Source: Psilocybe cubensis (taxonomy: Eukaryota). From it: a stretch of DNA of 64,000 bases. Shown here piece after piece: positions 1-13,922 of the stretch; position 1 is the stretch's first letter, and every line of letters starts with the position of its first letter. The position numbers and the translations under genes are program-made. The DNA is taken from the NCBI GenBank assembly GCA_017499595.2, contig CM039008.1, positions 1,922,001 to 1,986,000 of the forward strand, read 5' to 3'. The notes below the pieces were generated by a model that worked only from the letters and a program-made list of their open reading frames with translations, did not search any database and was not told where the DNA came from.

Positions 1-183
1 CCGTATGTCCGGAGACAATGGCATGACAAAACGCTTTTTTTCACCTTCTCCGAGCTACGCATGCATTTGACTCGACGGGCGTCGTCGCTGACTCACCTTT
101 ATCTCTCTTCTCTCTCTATCGATGCCGGCCATGTCATATACCAACTGCTAACAATGACGTAATTTGTGTTTGTTTCCGTGCAG

Positions 184-1497
184 ACTTCTTCGCTCTTTCT
201 CTCCGCCGCCCTCCTCCGCGCCATTCTCATGAACCATCTCGCACATTCCGACGCGAGCAAGGCCGCCAAGACCACAGAGGCCAACCTCAAACACAAGGTC
301 GATGACCTCGAACAACAGAGCAACCGCCTAGACGCTGAAGTTCGCAAGTCCGTAATCCTTTCTTTTCTTTCTTGATCTTTACCAATCATATATGACTCCA
401 GATATCGCTCGCAATACAACCAAAAATCGCAAGAATGCCAGCAGCTCCGTACTGAAGTCCAGCAGCTGCGCGCACTCGCGACCACACTCGGCGTTACCCC
501 GCCAGAGTTCCCCTCTGTCCCCACATCCCCCACCCCATCCCCGGCGCCCTACGCCACATCCTCCGCCTCATCTTCCGCCGCTTCCTCCGCCACATCCACC
601 CCCGCCACCAGCCCACCCACCAGCCCGCCGACATCGCCCACCCCAGGCGGACGCTACACCTCCATGCACACACGCTCCGCGTCCCTCTCCTCACGACCCA
701 CCACCCCGGGCATCGGCCTTATGCACTCGCTCTCGCACGGCCCAACTTCCCCCACACGCTCTCACACACCCGCTGTGCGCTCGCATACCCCCGGACCACC
801 CCCATCCACCTCCAGCGGCGCAGCGGGTCTCGACAGGGACGGCTCTGTGCGCAGACCGTACACACCTGGACCGGGCCCATCCACCGCCTCTGCCGCCGCG
901 GAAGCACACAAGCTCATGCGCAGCCAGACCCCGCTGCCCCCGCGCTCGCACACCCCCGCGCCCGCCGCAACAATGCGCTCGCAGACCCCCGGACCGGACA
1001 AGCACTACACCAGCGCGTCGCAGTATGCGCAGCAGCAGGCCGCAGCGGCCGCTGCTGCCCCTCCGGTGCCGTCTATTCCTTCGCGGTTCACGACTGGCTT
1101 GGGGAGCGCGGGTGCTGGCGCGCCGCTGCCCCCGCCTAAACCGCGCAGACTTAGCACGCCGAGTCCGCCTGCAGCCAAGATGATGAGCCGGAGCACGTCG
1201 GACGACAAGTACGGGTATCATTCGACGGCGCACCATGCCCATGCGCCGTCGCACTCGATCTCTGCTAACAATAACATTAATACCTACCACGGGCAGCAGC
1301 ACCAGGTGTGGATGCCGCCCGTGCCGGTGTCGGCGGATGATGATTATGTGATTAGGAATTCGGAGAGGGATGCGGGGAGGGATTATGCGAAGGAGGCGAG
1401 GGACAAGGAGAGGTATGGTGCGAGTCTTGCGAGGAGCAGTACAGCGCGCCCGGCGTCCCGCGCGGGCGGGTTCGTGGGCGGGCTGTTTAAGCGCTGA
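184..1497 (+). CDS. 3' part of a spliced gene: coiled-coil segment followed by a Pro/Ser/Thr-rich disordered tail with repeated RS(H/Q)TP motifs; function unknown
   Basis: Exon 184-347 (...EANLKHKVDDLEQQSNRLDAEVRK), GT-AG intron 348-401, then an open frame 402-1497 (YRSQYNQKSQECQQLRTEVQQL... joining the 664-1497 ORF). The 5' end lies outside the window. Confidence 0.7.
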
Positions 1498-1649
1498 TGC
1501 AGATTCGTGATGCATTTTGTGCGGTTGTTGGTGTTGGTGTGGTTGGTGTGTGGGTTGTTTTGCAGTTTCAGGTTCCTTCGTAACTTTATTTTTTTTACGC
1601 CGGATGTTCTGTTCGGTTGTGGCTCCCTTCCTTGCTTTGTCTCCTCGCT

Positions 1650-4600
1650 TGCTTGCTTTCGCTTTTTGTGCCTCTGCCTCTGCCTCTCTCAATCTCTGGT
1701 TCGACATATAGACTTCTCCCTTCTCATTCCCCTTCCCCTTCCCCGTCTCTCTCCCTGTCTCTATTTTCTTAAAGTTTCTTCTCTCTCTCTCTCTCTGTGA
1801 TGATTCACGATCCACGATCCCCATTCCCATTCCACTCACATTTCATCTTCCATCATCCATCATTCATGGTCTTCATCTTCATCTATCTTCATTATCACTT
1901 CACTTTTCTCATCATCCATCATCCATCTTCATGATCATCGTCAACATACCCCTCGCCAATTCTCAATATCCCATTTCCACTCTACTGCATGTATATCATT
2001 ATTCGCGCTCTAGGAGTTTTTTGCTTCTTTCTTTCTCTCTTTTCTTTCTTTTCTTTTTTCTCGTGTCTCGTGTTTGTGTTTCTGCCTTTTTTTTTTCTTT
2101 TTTTCATCTCGTGAATTCACGTCATCGACTTTTCCTTTTCCTTTCTTCTCTTTTCTTCTTTTTCTCTTTTCTGTGCTGCGTGATCAATCTTACTTGCTCA
2201 ATTACTTGCGCTATCCTACTTCTATCCCTATCTCTCTGCCACCCTGCCCTCCTTAGCTTACCATACCATACGATACTTTTTATTTTACTAGTTGTTTTTG
2301 TGTGTAGTTTTGTTTAATTAGTGACTCTTTTTTTTTCTCTTTTTTTTTGATTGTTTGGGTTGTGTATTTGAGGATGAGCTGTGCTTTGTCCTTCTTTCAT
2401 TTCATTGTCCCTTCTTTCTTTCTTTTGGAGTTTGGAAGTTTGGAAGTTTGTAGTATATTTTTTTAATAGGCCGCCCGCTTTTCCTTTTTCTTTTTCGTTT
2501 TACTTCTTTTTCTTCTTTTTTTTTAAAAAGCTTTGCTTTTCGGGCGGCTGTCGTGTCGTGTTGTGTTCTCCTGGATTTGATTTGGTGGGCGTCGGAGTGG
2601 TGCCGAGCGGACCTGAGGAGTGGTGTGTGGTGCGTGTTTTTTTGTGTCTTTTCATTGATATTCTATTTCTAATACCCTTTTCTTTGTTTTTTTGGGGCTT
2701 TTTTTTGGTCTTTTTTTTTTGGTGCAGGTGTGCAATTTTGGGTACCGGCATGGAATAGATTTCTTGGTTCTTCGATCTTCGACTGGACGATAGAAGGTAG
2801 ACGACGGTTTATCCATCTCATCTCATCCCATCCTATCCCATCTATGATCCATCCGGTATCGATTGCGATTGCGATTGCTTATCCCGACGTCTAATCCGAA
2901 TCGAAATCGAAATCGAATATATGCTATGCTATGCTATGTTATCGTATCATATCGTATCGAATCAACATATCCGATCCAATCCACGCTTCACACCAACTCC
3001 ATGCCCGTGTCCATGCCCATGCCCATGCTTGACTTCGAATTCGAATTCGATTCAATCGCCAAAAAAAAAAAAACAATCTGATCCGTCATCCGTCATCCAT
3101 CCATCCGTCATTATCATCATCCGTCAATATTATCATCGTCTATTATCGATTTTATCGACATCGACATCGACTGGTGGACTATGGACTATTTCCTTCTCCT
3201 CCTGCACCCGTTTTCCCCTCCGCCCACGCCTAAAAAAAGCAATTATCGATCTATTATTCTATGCTTAGAATGACTCTATCTCTATGCAAGGAACCAAAAA
3301 AAAACCACAAGAAACGCTGTATCGTGGCTAGCTCAACCGAAACCCAGAAGCCGATCATAGCAGCAAAATGAATGATTTCCCACTCCCAATCCAAATATTT
3401 GTCAAGACTCGTTACGAACACATTCACCCGCAATGCGATGCGATGCGATATTTCGAAAGTAGAAAAAACAAAACGAAGCAAGGCCGCGGCGCGCTTGTGT
3501 ATGCGTATGCGTATGCGTATGGTTTCTTTTTTATTGCGCTTGCTCTAGCTTGAGCTCTAGCTCTATGATCTTTATTATCCCAGTATACAAACAAACCAAC
3601 AAACCATGCAGTAACGTCCCCCCACCATCACCCTACGCAAGAAAAATCCGATTGCTGTGTCGCTTTGCTCATCCGTCGTCGGTCAGTTGGCGTATGTCGA
3701 GAAGGAGGTGCGGGATCATTTGAAAATTCGTATTCGTTTTTCCGTCATCCATCATCTGCATTCCATTCCAACCCAACCCACGCTCGCGCGCGCGCCCGCG
3801 ACTTCAGTAAGAAAAAACCAAGCAATCTAAATCCATCTACCATTATCCAAAAATCCAAAAATTCACCCCCAAAAAAATATCTTCTGAGGTATTTATTCCC
3901 GGACGCTCACCGCACAGTGTACGGCCGACCACATCCACATTGATAAAAAAACGATATTCTACAGTAACGCCTCTCTCTTCATCGTTCATCGTTCGTCGCA
4001 TTGCTCATCATCATCAACATCATCACCATTCCCATCCACTCTCCCATCCTCATCTTCATCTGCCCACATCGTCATCGCTGGGTTAATATATTATCTTCGT
4101 CATTCGTCGTCGCGATGGCGAGTTGGAAGTTTTTTTCAAAATCAAAAAATACAAAAAATGCAAAAAGATGGCTTCGATTTGATATACCCTGGCCACCACC
4201 GTCCGTCCTCCCGTCCTCCGTCCAGCCTTTTGGGCTTTGGTGTTTGGTTTGACGACGTCGCGGCGGCCCTGCTACACCACCCTATAGAAGTGTTTCGTGT
4301 TTCGTGTCTCGTGTTCCCCATGTCTCGTGTTTTCCTCGTTCTGTCCCTTTGATTCTGTCGTAGTTGTATCAATGTTTTCCTTTTTTTCACTTTCTCGTTT
4401 CTCGTTTCTCGGTTCCCTTCCCGTTTCCCTTCCCTTTAGTCGTGTACTCAATCCCGATATCCAGTTTTTTTTCTCTCTCTCTTCCTCTCTGTTTTCTGTT
4501 TTGTTTCCATTCCACGGCTTAAGGTTATCCTTATTGTTAGTAGTATTTGTTTTTGTTTTTTTTCTCATTTTCATTTTCCCTTTTCTCATCCGAACAATTC

Positions 4601-4870
4601 TACCCTGGATGGACCTTTATCCCCTTCCAAGCCTTGGCCTTGTTTCTCGAGGCTTCGCCTTTGCGATTTCTAATTCTAATTCTAATTTTATTATTCCCTT
4701 TGGATCATGTTCGCCTCCTGCATCATCATCTTTCATCATCATCGTCAATCCAGTCAGTCTCATTCCTCATTCATTCCAAGGTGCATTCTTATTCTCAAAT
4801 CCTACACACGCACACACACACCTGCCTTTTTTTCTTGGTTTTTTTTTTTTTTTTTTTTTTGTCGAATGTT
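1650..4870. repeat. Low-complexity/microsatellite-rich tract (poly-T/poly-A, CT, CAT, ATCGA, GCTAT, GCGTAT units); probable long 3' UTR or intergenic DNA
   Basis: Simple repeats are visible directly; ORFs here are Phe/Leu/Lys-biased artefacts. Confidence 0.75.
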
Positions 4871-5078
4871 ATTAAGTAATAGTAGTCGTAGTAATCTCTT
4901 ACTCATTGCGTAGATAGTATTTTAGCCTGCCTAGAGATCCCTGTGCACCCCTTCTTGTGTTTTTTTTTTGTTTGTTTTTTGCACACGAAAGTATCTTAGT
5001 TTATTTTGATATTTACTTGGTTTTTTTTTTCTTCTCTCTTTTTCGTGATTTTTTGGATACACGTTTTTTTAATGTCAT

Positions 5079-5218
5079 TGGTTTGTTGATTGAAGTTTTT
5101 TGGGTGGCTGGTTTGAGTCTTTTCGCGACGTTACAGTGTTCTGTTGCTGGTTTGTTGATTGAATTTTTTGGTGGCTTGATTTGAGTCTTTCCACGACGTT
5201 ACAGTGTTCTGTTGCTGA
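5079..5218. repeat. Two-copy tandem duplication of a ~70 bp unit
   Basis: TGGTTTGTTGATTGAA...TTTGAGTCTTT...CGACGTTACAGTGTTCTGTTGCTG occurs twice in tandem with a few substitutions. Confidence 0.85.
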
Positions 5219-8200
5219 GTACTAAAGTGGTGTCAGTATGTGGGCCACGCTTGGTGTGTATGGTTTAGGTCCAGGGCTTGTCACTGTCAGAGTGTTTGCG
5301 GGGAGTTTCAGTTGCTCCTGTTATCTGCAATCCCTTGACTAGTGGCATGGCTGGCTGGCTTGTTTAGTTATTCCAATTTCCCGGGATAAAGTGGGAGCGT
5401 CAGGGTTCTGACTTTGTGCAGTGGTGCGGTCACCGGTGGCGCAGCTTGCTCAGGCTCAGGCTAAGGGTTCTGATACCTACCTTCCACTGCCTTCTCGCTG
5501 CATCGAAGGAGGTAGGTCATACAACGTGGAAATCTGGATTCTGAATGCTGAATTCTAATTTCTGGACGTGGTCCAACTTTGTACCCCACTCAGCACTGTG
5601 GAAATTAGGCGATTAAATGAACTTTTGTAATGGCATCTCACAACAAAGTTCCTGCGTTCATGCGTTCATGACGGGACACTGGGGTTGGAATTTGTTGGAA
5701 TTTGGGGGTGGAATTAATTGAAAGTGTGTCTTGTCTTGATATGGGCAGACATGCATGATACGCTATCATTTTCGTTGAAGCTGCTATCGATATCCGTGGC
5801 GTACCCTTCTCGCGCTGAGATGAACGTGGGATGGGAGGGGGGGTTGGCGTAATTTTGGGAGTGGGCGAGGCGAGACCTCAGACTTCAGACGTTTCGGTGT
5901 GCTGCCATTCTCGAGCTTGACATCCCCCTCCCCCCTCGAGAGTTTCAACGAAACCCGTCACTCCGGGTTCTTATTTGAGGGTCGGCGCCCAACATGGGTC
6001 TCTCCCCCCACCCCTCGCGTTCCGAGTCTGTGGTGCTAGTTTTGCGATAGCCGGAATGTTGGTTACGTGGCGATATATCGAATCCCTTTTCTACTGCGGT
6101 CGCAAAATGGGCGTTGAGGAATCTTTACTTCGGTCTTTTTGCATTATGAACTGACGGCGATTGATGATACCCCGGAAGAGCGATCCCACCTATCATCAAA
6201 CGCACGCGTGTGTTACATACATAGTGGGTGTATATCGCCGGGGTCGTTGGGTTCTAACCAGAATAAAGATTAGGTACTGTATGTGACGAGATACACGTGA
6301 ACTGTCTATGAGTTAGAGCGGACATGAATGTGGGGAAGGCATACAATTGGAAAGTTGAAGGGAGGTGACAGACCAGAAGCCCAAGGGGAGAGAACATGTG
6401 AGACGCCCCAGCAGAGTGTATTACAGTATAAGCAGAGCGGCTAACTAGCCGACAGTAAATTCGTCTCCCGGGACGAAGGTGACGATGCTGAAGCTTTAGA
6501 ATAGATTCCTCGCCTCGGATTCAGAGACCTCTGTGAGATAAGACAAGGTAAAATAAGCTTAGGAGTCGCGTTTGCCTATATAAATCACTGAGAATCACTA
6601 TATTACGCTGATATGAATAGGTATTAAGTTCACCTTTATAATACAAGAGATTCAGGTGATATCGTAGGAACGATGAACGATGTCGATGTTTTGGCTTTTT
6701 CTCATCTTCGAAATGAAATCTTATCAGACATCACAAAGTGTTTGTCTAAGTTATGAATCTATTTTTAGATTGACGAGCCTACACAGCCGTCCGGTTGTCG
6801 AGGTCTGAACTAAGTCACGGGGACTGCAGTCAAACCGGAGGCAAACTAGGGACAAACCCAGGAATGCTACCCATTGGAAATTCCAAGTCTGGGTGACTTG
6901 GTGTTGACCCATGTGGTCATGGGTTTACCGCATGTCCTATGCGGCAGACTTCGGTTTTCAAACCAGGGATATTCAGCGTCTCTGCAGACCCGTGAATTTC
7001 TTCAGTCAGGTATTTCCTTTTCAAGCATTGGTTTTTTTTTTGAGAATTGCGGACGGTGTTGGGTGTACAAAATAGTATAATTCAATGGCAACTTTACAGA
7101 GTAGAAAATCCAGAATACAATATACGTTGTACATTAAAGGGAAAGATGGACAGAATAGAGATACGTTACCCAATGACTTGACAGCCCACAACCACCCACT
7201 CCACCCACCCACTCTCCCTTTCAAGCTTTCGACAACTGTTCCTAACCGAAAAGTCAGACATGCCATCTGAAGAAACCGGTAACACATACCAACTAAGAAC
7301 TCTGCACAGATAGTACCCCGCCCATTGCTGTCATCGTATTCCTCAGAAATATTATTACTGTAAAGCATACCTCGGTGTCAGTCTAAGCATAAATCATAAT
7401 CTTTGTAATATATAGCTACTCACCATTTCAGCCTATTTTTGACGAAGAGACAACGAGACAAAACAATACAGATCAGGCCACAGACCAGCCGGTGTTTTCA
7501 AAAAAAACCCTGCACTGCTCAGCGCACTCCCACAAATCAGGAGGTCAGATCTTTCTGACATGCACGGGTTTCACGCAGCACAAAGCGTGTATAAAATGCC
7601 TGTATGACAGGCGAAGATGGTGCCACGGAGAGGCAAACAAAAGAAAGAAAAGAACAGGGACATGGATGTCGGATGACAACCGTTAACACACGATAAATTC
7701 CGAACTTTGGCACTATGTTGCCAAACATATGTCAATTTTGATGGTGCTCATGTGGAAAACCGGAGTCAGACTTTACTCAAGTCAGACTGAAGGAAAGAAC
7801 TTTGAATTGACGCGGTTTCAGCCAGACTTCAGAAATTTCATATATTATTCTCTTGTAATACCCAAGTTTGGAAATATGGAATAATCGGTGACAAACTCCG
7901 GTCAACCGCAAAACGTAGACTCCGACCGGCAGCAGTCTGGTTGACTCCGATTTGACGCAGTCTTAGGTCCCGCCGTGTAGTTGCGGGCACGCGCATACCC
8001 AAAAACGCGTGTTGATCCTTCTGCTTCAAGTAAGTCTGCTTCGTTCTCATTTATCTACTTCAATGCAACACATTTGATCATACCTCTGACTATTCTTGCT
8101 CTAGGCACGCGTCAGCCTGAAGGGGTACACGATCTGGGCACAAACCAGCTGCCAGAAAAGCTATTTCCGAAGTGAAAATGGCGTATTCAGTGAGGCCAGT

Positions 8201-9550
8201 AGCAAATAGCCAGTACATGTCCGGATAATGAATCGATTGAAGCAAGGAAGCACTTGGGAGAAAAGAATTTATTAGCGATTATCTACCACTGGGTAATTCC
8301 GAGTGTTAATAAAGACTTCTTCTCCCATCTCGCTATGACATATATATAATAACCAGGCTTCTCGCAGGCATGAAATTAAAGATTACGATTTCGATTGCAT
8401 GGAGGCACTTTGACATATACGCCATGCTCAGAGTCAAAGCCTCAACGTGACTAATTTTGCATTGGGATGTGTGTAAAACGGTGCCGTAAAAATGAATTCA
8501 TTTCCCAATGCCTATTCTTGTGAAATGAATAGATTAGAGCTGATTATCGTTCTACTTATCGATAGCGTGCTATGTGTTATCTACGAGTGCGGGGAAGCTG
8601 CGAGGAAGCCGTCCTGTGATTGTAGCTTGGAAGCCGGCGGAGGATTATTTAAATAAGCCTGGGCTAGAACGACTGAGCCATGAGGTTGTGGGGTGAAGCC
8701 TCGAGGTTAGAACTGTATGCATGTAGATTGAACGTCAGCGGAGTGTATAGACGAGAGGGAGAATTGAGCCGTGTTTGGGTTAAGAGGATGTAGGTGTAGA
8801 GGTTTTACCTCTGTTTGTCGTACCGGCATTCTGTATCCTAGCATATTTACATTAAAATCCTTGCAAATTGGAAAAAGCGAGGCTGCAGGGTCTTTGTTAT
8901 TGGTCCTCAAGTCAATATATGCCATCTTGACTGCACCGTCAGCGTTGGAGAGGAGAGGTATTTTTTCTAACAGGGAACGGGAAAGACCCTTACAACTTCC
9001 CATGCGTCATCAGTGTGCTCTGCAGGCAGTTGGCGTGATCATCGCCGTTAAACTGGGTAAAGGACCAGTCACATTAGAGCGTTGACTCTGTAATAGCGCG
9101 GTGGAGGCGAGGCGAGGTGCACTGATGTTCCTCTTCGATGGACAATGTGTTATAAGAAACGGCTGAGTAGACCATGTACTGAATAAAGACGTGGCGAGCG
9201 CAGTATTTTACGCTTGATTGTGGGTGTTAGATACCATCAAAATTGTACTAAGTTACGCGGTAGAGTCGGTGATAAAGGTCAAAAGCCTATGCAAACCAGA
9301 AATGGTAGGTTTTAGATTGTAATACCAGTGGACAGGAAACATCCTACCGTTCTTGGTGATGATAAGCATGATCACAGCTATAGGTAGTAGTCAGCCAGCC
9401 AGGACTTTGGCTAAGCCAGGTAAAAATTCTTTCAAACCGTAGCTATTTCTCTATAAACCTACAAAACGAGAAACCGTATTCAATTTCAGACTTCCTAATG
9501 TTGTGGGACTGTTTGGCGCTTGTGGCGGTCACCACTCAGGTTCAATTGGT

Positions 9551-11721
9551 TTAGTCGTTAATTTCAATTCCTTCTCGAATCAAGGCCATCGCTGCAGAGC
9601 TTCTAGGCGTGATGACACATTTAAAAGGGACTGGATATCTAAGGCGCCAGGAAATGTTATCATTGAAGATTCTTGAGTTACAATATGACCAACACTCACG
9701 AAAGCATTCCAGTTGTGAATTCTGGCTTGAGGGCTATCGGGTTGCCAAAATCATCGACGGGTGGTTTGATTTCGAATACCGATAAAACCGACGAAATTAG
9801 GCAGTAAAGCCCATTGTCGCTCATGTGCCTTCCGGGGCATATTCTATCGAAGATGATATATAGCCTCTCTGTCACTCGGACGAATGAAAAATAGTTATCC
9901 TCACCGTCGTCCATAGCCAAAGGCAGCGCATTCTGGGCTCCTTACAGCGGGGTTAATTTTTCCATCTTTTTAATATCTGTCAGGATTATATTTCAATGGT
10001 TCCTCGAATTCTTCCGGGTCATGCAATATGGTCCTGCTTTGACATTAATTTTGCGCTTCTGATTGAAATGTCTTGGTCAAACCATGCATTTCCCAGTACA
10101 ATTGTGCCGCGGGGTATAAAATAGCCGTCGTATTCATCATCGGAAGACGATACATGGCCAACAGCTGCGTGGGACATTGGGTGAATCTCACCACATACTA
10201 TGAGTAACAACACCATACCTAGTGGTACGACCTGATGCCAGCGCATGCTTTCCTTAACCATAGCGTTAATGTAGGGCAGAGAAGGTCGGTCATCAAAATC
10301 CGGTAGACGTTTACCACCAAGGACAGCGTCAAGCTCGGTCTGAGCTTTCTTCTGTACTTCAGGGTAAAGTGCCATTGCTATAAAGAAAGTCTGAACAGTA
10401 GATACAGTCTGTAACCCACAAACGAAATCCCCGTTAGTCGAAGAAAGTAAAACTTGGGCATTGGGGAACTCACAGTATCCGCCCCACCTAGAGGTATCGT
10501 TGGCTTTCTCAAGCAATGAGACAATATAGAGAATAGTAGTTACATACCGACATATGAAACACCGGCAATACTCTCAGCAAGTTCTCGATCTTCTGGGTAA
10601 GTCGGATTGTTTTTATCAGGTAGCCCTTCGATCAACTTCGTAGCCAAACAAGGCACGGCAGTTCCATTTTCCTGTTCAGAGGATTTAGTAAAGAGTGCAT
10701 ATCCAGATGGATTCAAGGTGTCGCAAACCATTGCTTGTTCAACATATTTGAACGGTATCTGACTAAGATCCTCGTTTGCCCTTCTCCAGTGAGCCGCCTT
10801 CTTCTTGAACCCGGCACCAGGAAACCAAGAAGGGACATACTTGAGGGCGGGTACCAGGTCCACCAGAAATGATCCAGGGATACCCGCAGCCGCGAGTCCC
10901 TTAAGGGACTCGTGGCCAGTCGCCAGATATGGATCACCAGATTCTTTGACCTTGATACCATATGCCACGGTCATGATTGCGGCACCAAAGGAGCTTCATG
11001 AATGAAAATATTTATCAAGCATTGAAGTGAGGATGCCATTCAACATACTGGTGAATGTGATCCATGAAATGCTCAGGCGACAGAAGAAGTCGATGAAGTA
11101 ATGCTCGAGCTTCACGTAGTTGTATAGGTTGATAGTTCACAACCGCCTTGTGGTGGAAATGTTCGTTGAACAGTCTTCGATGTCGTCTCCACCATTGGCC
11201 GTAGGGTATCAAAGAGAAGTTGAAATCCGATTTCATTCTATCAAAGCAGAAAGTCAGCTTAGAGACGAATTTTTTTGGATTGTGATCCGAGTCCTTACAG
11301 TTCAATAAGCATAGGTAGCCGAAGTCTGTCTGAGTAGTTCGACGATCGTTTCTCGAATAAATCGTTTGTCCGTTTAAGGGACCCCAAAATAAGGAAGGGT
11401 TGCCCGAGAGCCTCAAAGTAAATCATATCACCTGCGAGAAGACGTAAGCTATTGAGACACCAAGAAATCGTGCAGATATTCACCGTATTTCTTGAACCAT
11501 TGGTCATATACGAGCCAAGGATGCTTGTGTGGTACCTGAAAAACACTACCAATCAATGGGTACCCTTTTGGACCTGGAGGAAATGGGAGTCCGTTTGGGT
11601 TTGGATTACGCGACTTTGCTTGAAGCTTCTTGATAATGACGGCATAAGCAACCGTCCCAATAACAGTCATGCAAATGGGATACGTTGCGAACAACGACTC
11701 CAATATTGTGAGGACAAACAT
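9551..11721 (-). CDS. Cytochrome P450 (basidiomycete CYP64-clan-like), multi-exon, apparently intact
   Basis: N-terminal hydrophobic anchor then PPGPKGYPLIG; I-helix GGADT on a 14-nt microexon (10474-10487); K-helix KESMRW (ExxR); PDRY; heme motif FGYGRR|ICPG across an intron; ATG at 11721, TAA at 9551-9553. Confidence 0.93.
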
Positions 11722-11824
11722 AGGGGGGAATCTGCTAACAAGGAAATATCTCAGTAGTCTGTCAGTGGTTTTATATCCAATGGAAAGCCATTTACAACCG
11801 TATCGCGTTCTCCGATGATGGTGT

Positions 11825-11840
11825 GATAAGGTGGGCAAAA
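11825..11840. promoter_or_regulatory. 16-bp motif GATAAGGTGGGCAAAA upstream of P450 copy 1 (contains a GATA core)
   Basis: An identical 16-mer is at 27675-27690 upstream of the paralogue; function is inferred. Confidence 0.4.
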
Positions 11841-13441
11841 TGGATTGGCAGAATGAGTTTCCAATACGTGCAGTGAGACAACGTTCTTTTTTCATATTGA
11901 AAGTTTGGTCTGCACCGTCTGGAGACTTTGTCGGCAGGCTTTAATTGTACACCTTGCCTTCCGTTAGATTTAAGCTCGTGAGATGTCTTTTCAGTCGGAT
12001 CCAATGGGCAGTTGAGAGAATCATTTGCGGACATTACCTTGAATTTAACAACCTCCTTGACAGTAAACACAACTTGGAGAGGATACTTTGCATGGAATTG
12101 TACAGGTAGCTTTAGACGCTTTGTTGTGAAGATCCTGGATGGAATAACGCAGAGACATCTTTTACATCCTTGCGTGTAAGCGACTTGGGAGAGTGAAATA
12201 GGTTTGTGCCGCGCTAAGTACAGATGATTGTCAGCTGGTAGGAAGAGAAATACAGATCCAGACCTCGGATAGCTCCAAGACTCCTGCCATTCATGGGCAT
12301 TTCATCACACCAATCAAATTCCTACCCATACATACGGCTGTAAATTCATCCTGGTGAGAAACGCTGATATGCCTTGCGGTATTTTATTGGCAGCTCCATT
12401 GAAAAAAAGGTAAACAAAAGCTCACTGTCGAAAGTAAAGGATCCGCTTCCTTAGTTGTGGTATCAATCTCCATGTTACTAAACATAAGCTTCATCGAGAC
12501 ACCGGCAAACCAAAGAAACGAAACTATGGGCAAAGAAAGAAATGGGGTACATATTTCGGAAAGCACTTTAACGTTAGCCACAGGAGCCGCGGCGGTATTC
12601 CAATCTGGTTCATTGTGCTCGTGATCGTGAGTATAAGCTATTTTAAAATCTCTGTCGATGAAAGCTCCGAACCGGGCCATTCAACGAAAACGCGAAAAAT
12701 AAGATTCTAAACTTCAAGTTTGTATATTTGAGCAATGTCATGATATCAAAATGGATATTTCAATCGGCTATGATCTGGATTTTTCCTGGGGTTCAATGAA
12801 CTCCCGTTCATCCAGTCTAGTGATTTATCTCAACCCCTTCTTGAATCAAGGCCGCAGCTGCAGAGTTTCTAGGTTTGATAGCACATTTGAAGGGTAATGG
12901 ATATCTAATGGTACCCCGCATTATTATAAGTGCGCAACCAGAATCAGAATATATATTCTACTCACGATAGCATGCCACTAGTGAATTCTGGCTTGGGAAT
13001 CACAGGGTTCCCACCGTCGTCGATGAATGGCTTAATTTCGAAGACACTTAGGACAGATGAAATGATGCAGTAAAGCCCGTTGTCGCTCATGTGCCTCCCT
13101 GGGCATATGCTATTGGTAGTGATGTGTAATCTTTCTAGAGATGTCATAACTTAAGAAATATTTACTCACCGTCGTCCAAAGCCAAAGGCTGCGCAATCTG
13201 GGCTTCTTACATTGGGATCAAGCTTTCCATCCTTCAGATATCTGTCAGGATTAAATTCAAGTGGATCCTTGAATTCTTCAGGGTCATGCAAAATTGTCCT
13301 GTTTTAAAAAAGTTGCAGAAGTTTCACTGAATCTCAAGAGACATAGACATACCATGCATTTCCCAGTACAACAGTTCCACGGGGAATAAAATAACCATCG
13401 TATTCATCATCTTCCGAGGACACGTGGCCAACGGCTGCACA

Positions 13442-13800
13442 CAGCCATGTAAGCTATATTTATGTATCATACCCCGGCAGTTCCCCAAGTGCCATGATAC
13501 ATCCTGGTGGGGAGAGTCCCAACTGCCCAAGGTGATGTATCAGAGGGTCTGTGGGCGGTATAATCACTGCCGAAGCCTTGCCGGTTGATCCCAACCAAAC
13601 AATGCACCAGGCGGCCCCGCCGGGGAAATTTTGGGGATTTTGCACTGTTCTGTAGGCGTTTTGGCGAGAAAAGGACGCCGAAATAATCTATTAATATGTC
13701 TACATCTAAAACCGCCGTTTGCGCACATCAATGTGGGGGTGGCGGGGTGGATGCATTTGAGGCTGGTTGGATGACGATTTAAAAATAGGCTCACTGACAT
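13442..13800 (+). repeat. Left terminal inverted repeat of the KDZ element
   Basis: TTATGTATCATACCCCGGCAGTTCCCCAAGTGCCATGATACATCCTGGTGGGGAG... from 13460 matches the reverse complement of the sequence ending at 25810. It is near-identical for ~95 bp, then patchy out to ~350 bp (e.g. CCGTTTGCGCACA, CGGGGTGGATG, GGATGACGA). Confidence 0.9.
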
Positions 13801-13922
13801 CATAACGAGATTAGGCGATGCATTGATGGCGCCGGCTCGGTGAATGAAGGTATAAGATTGACCTGTACCCTCCTTATGATCTGTGTATCCAGTCCAGTAT
13901 AGTGTGGTTGGAATGTGTCTAC

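Noticed and set aside
1507-5184. Many Phe/Leu-rich or Lys-rich ORFs resembling membrane proteins
   Set aside because: They arise from poly-T/poly-A and microsatellite sequence; no splice logic or domain motifs.
5220-9500. Short ORFs and possible RNA genes in the long intergenic stretch
   Set aside because: No motif, spliced frame or tRNA/rRNA structure I could support by eye.
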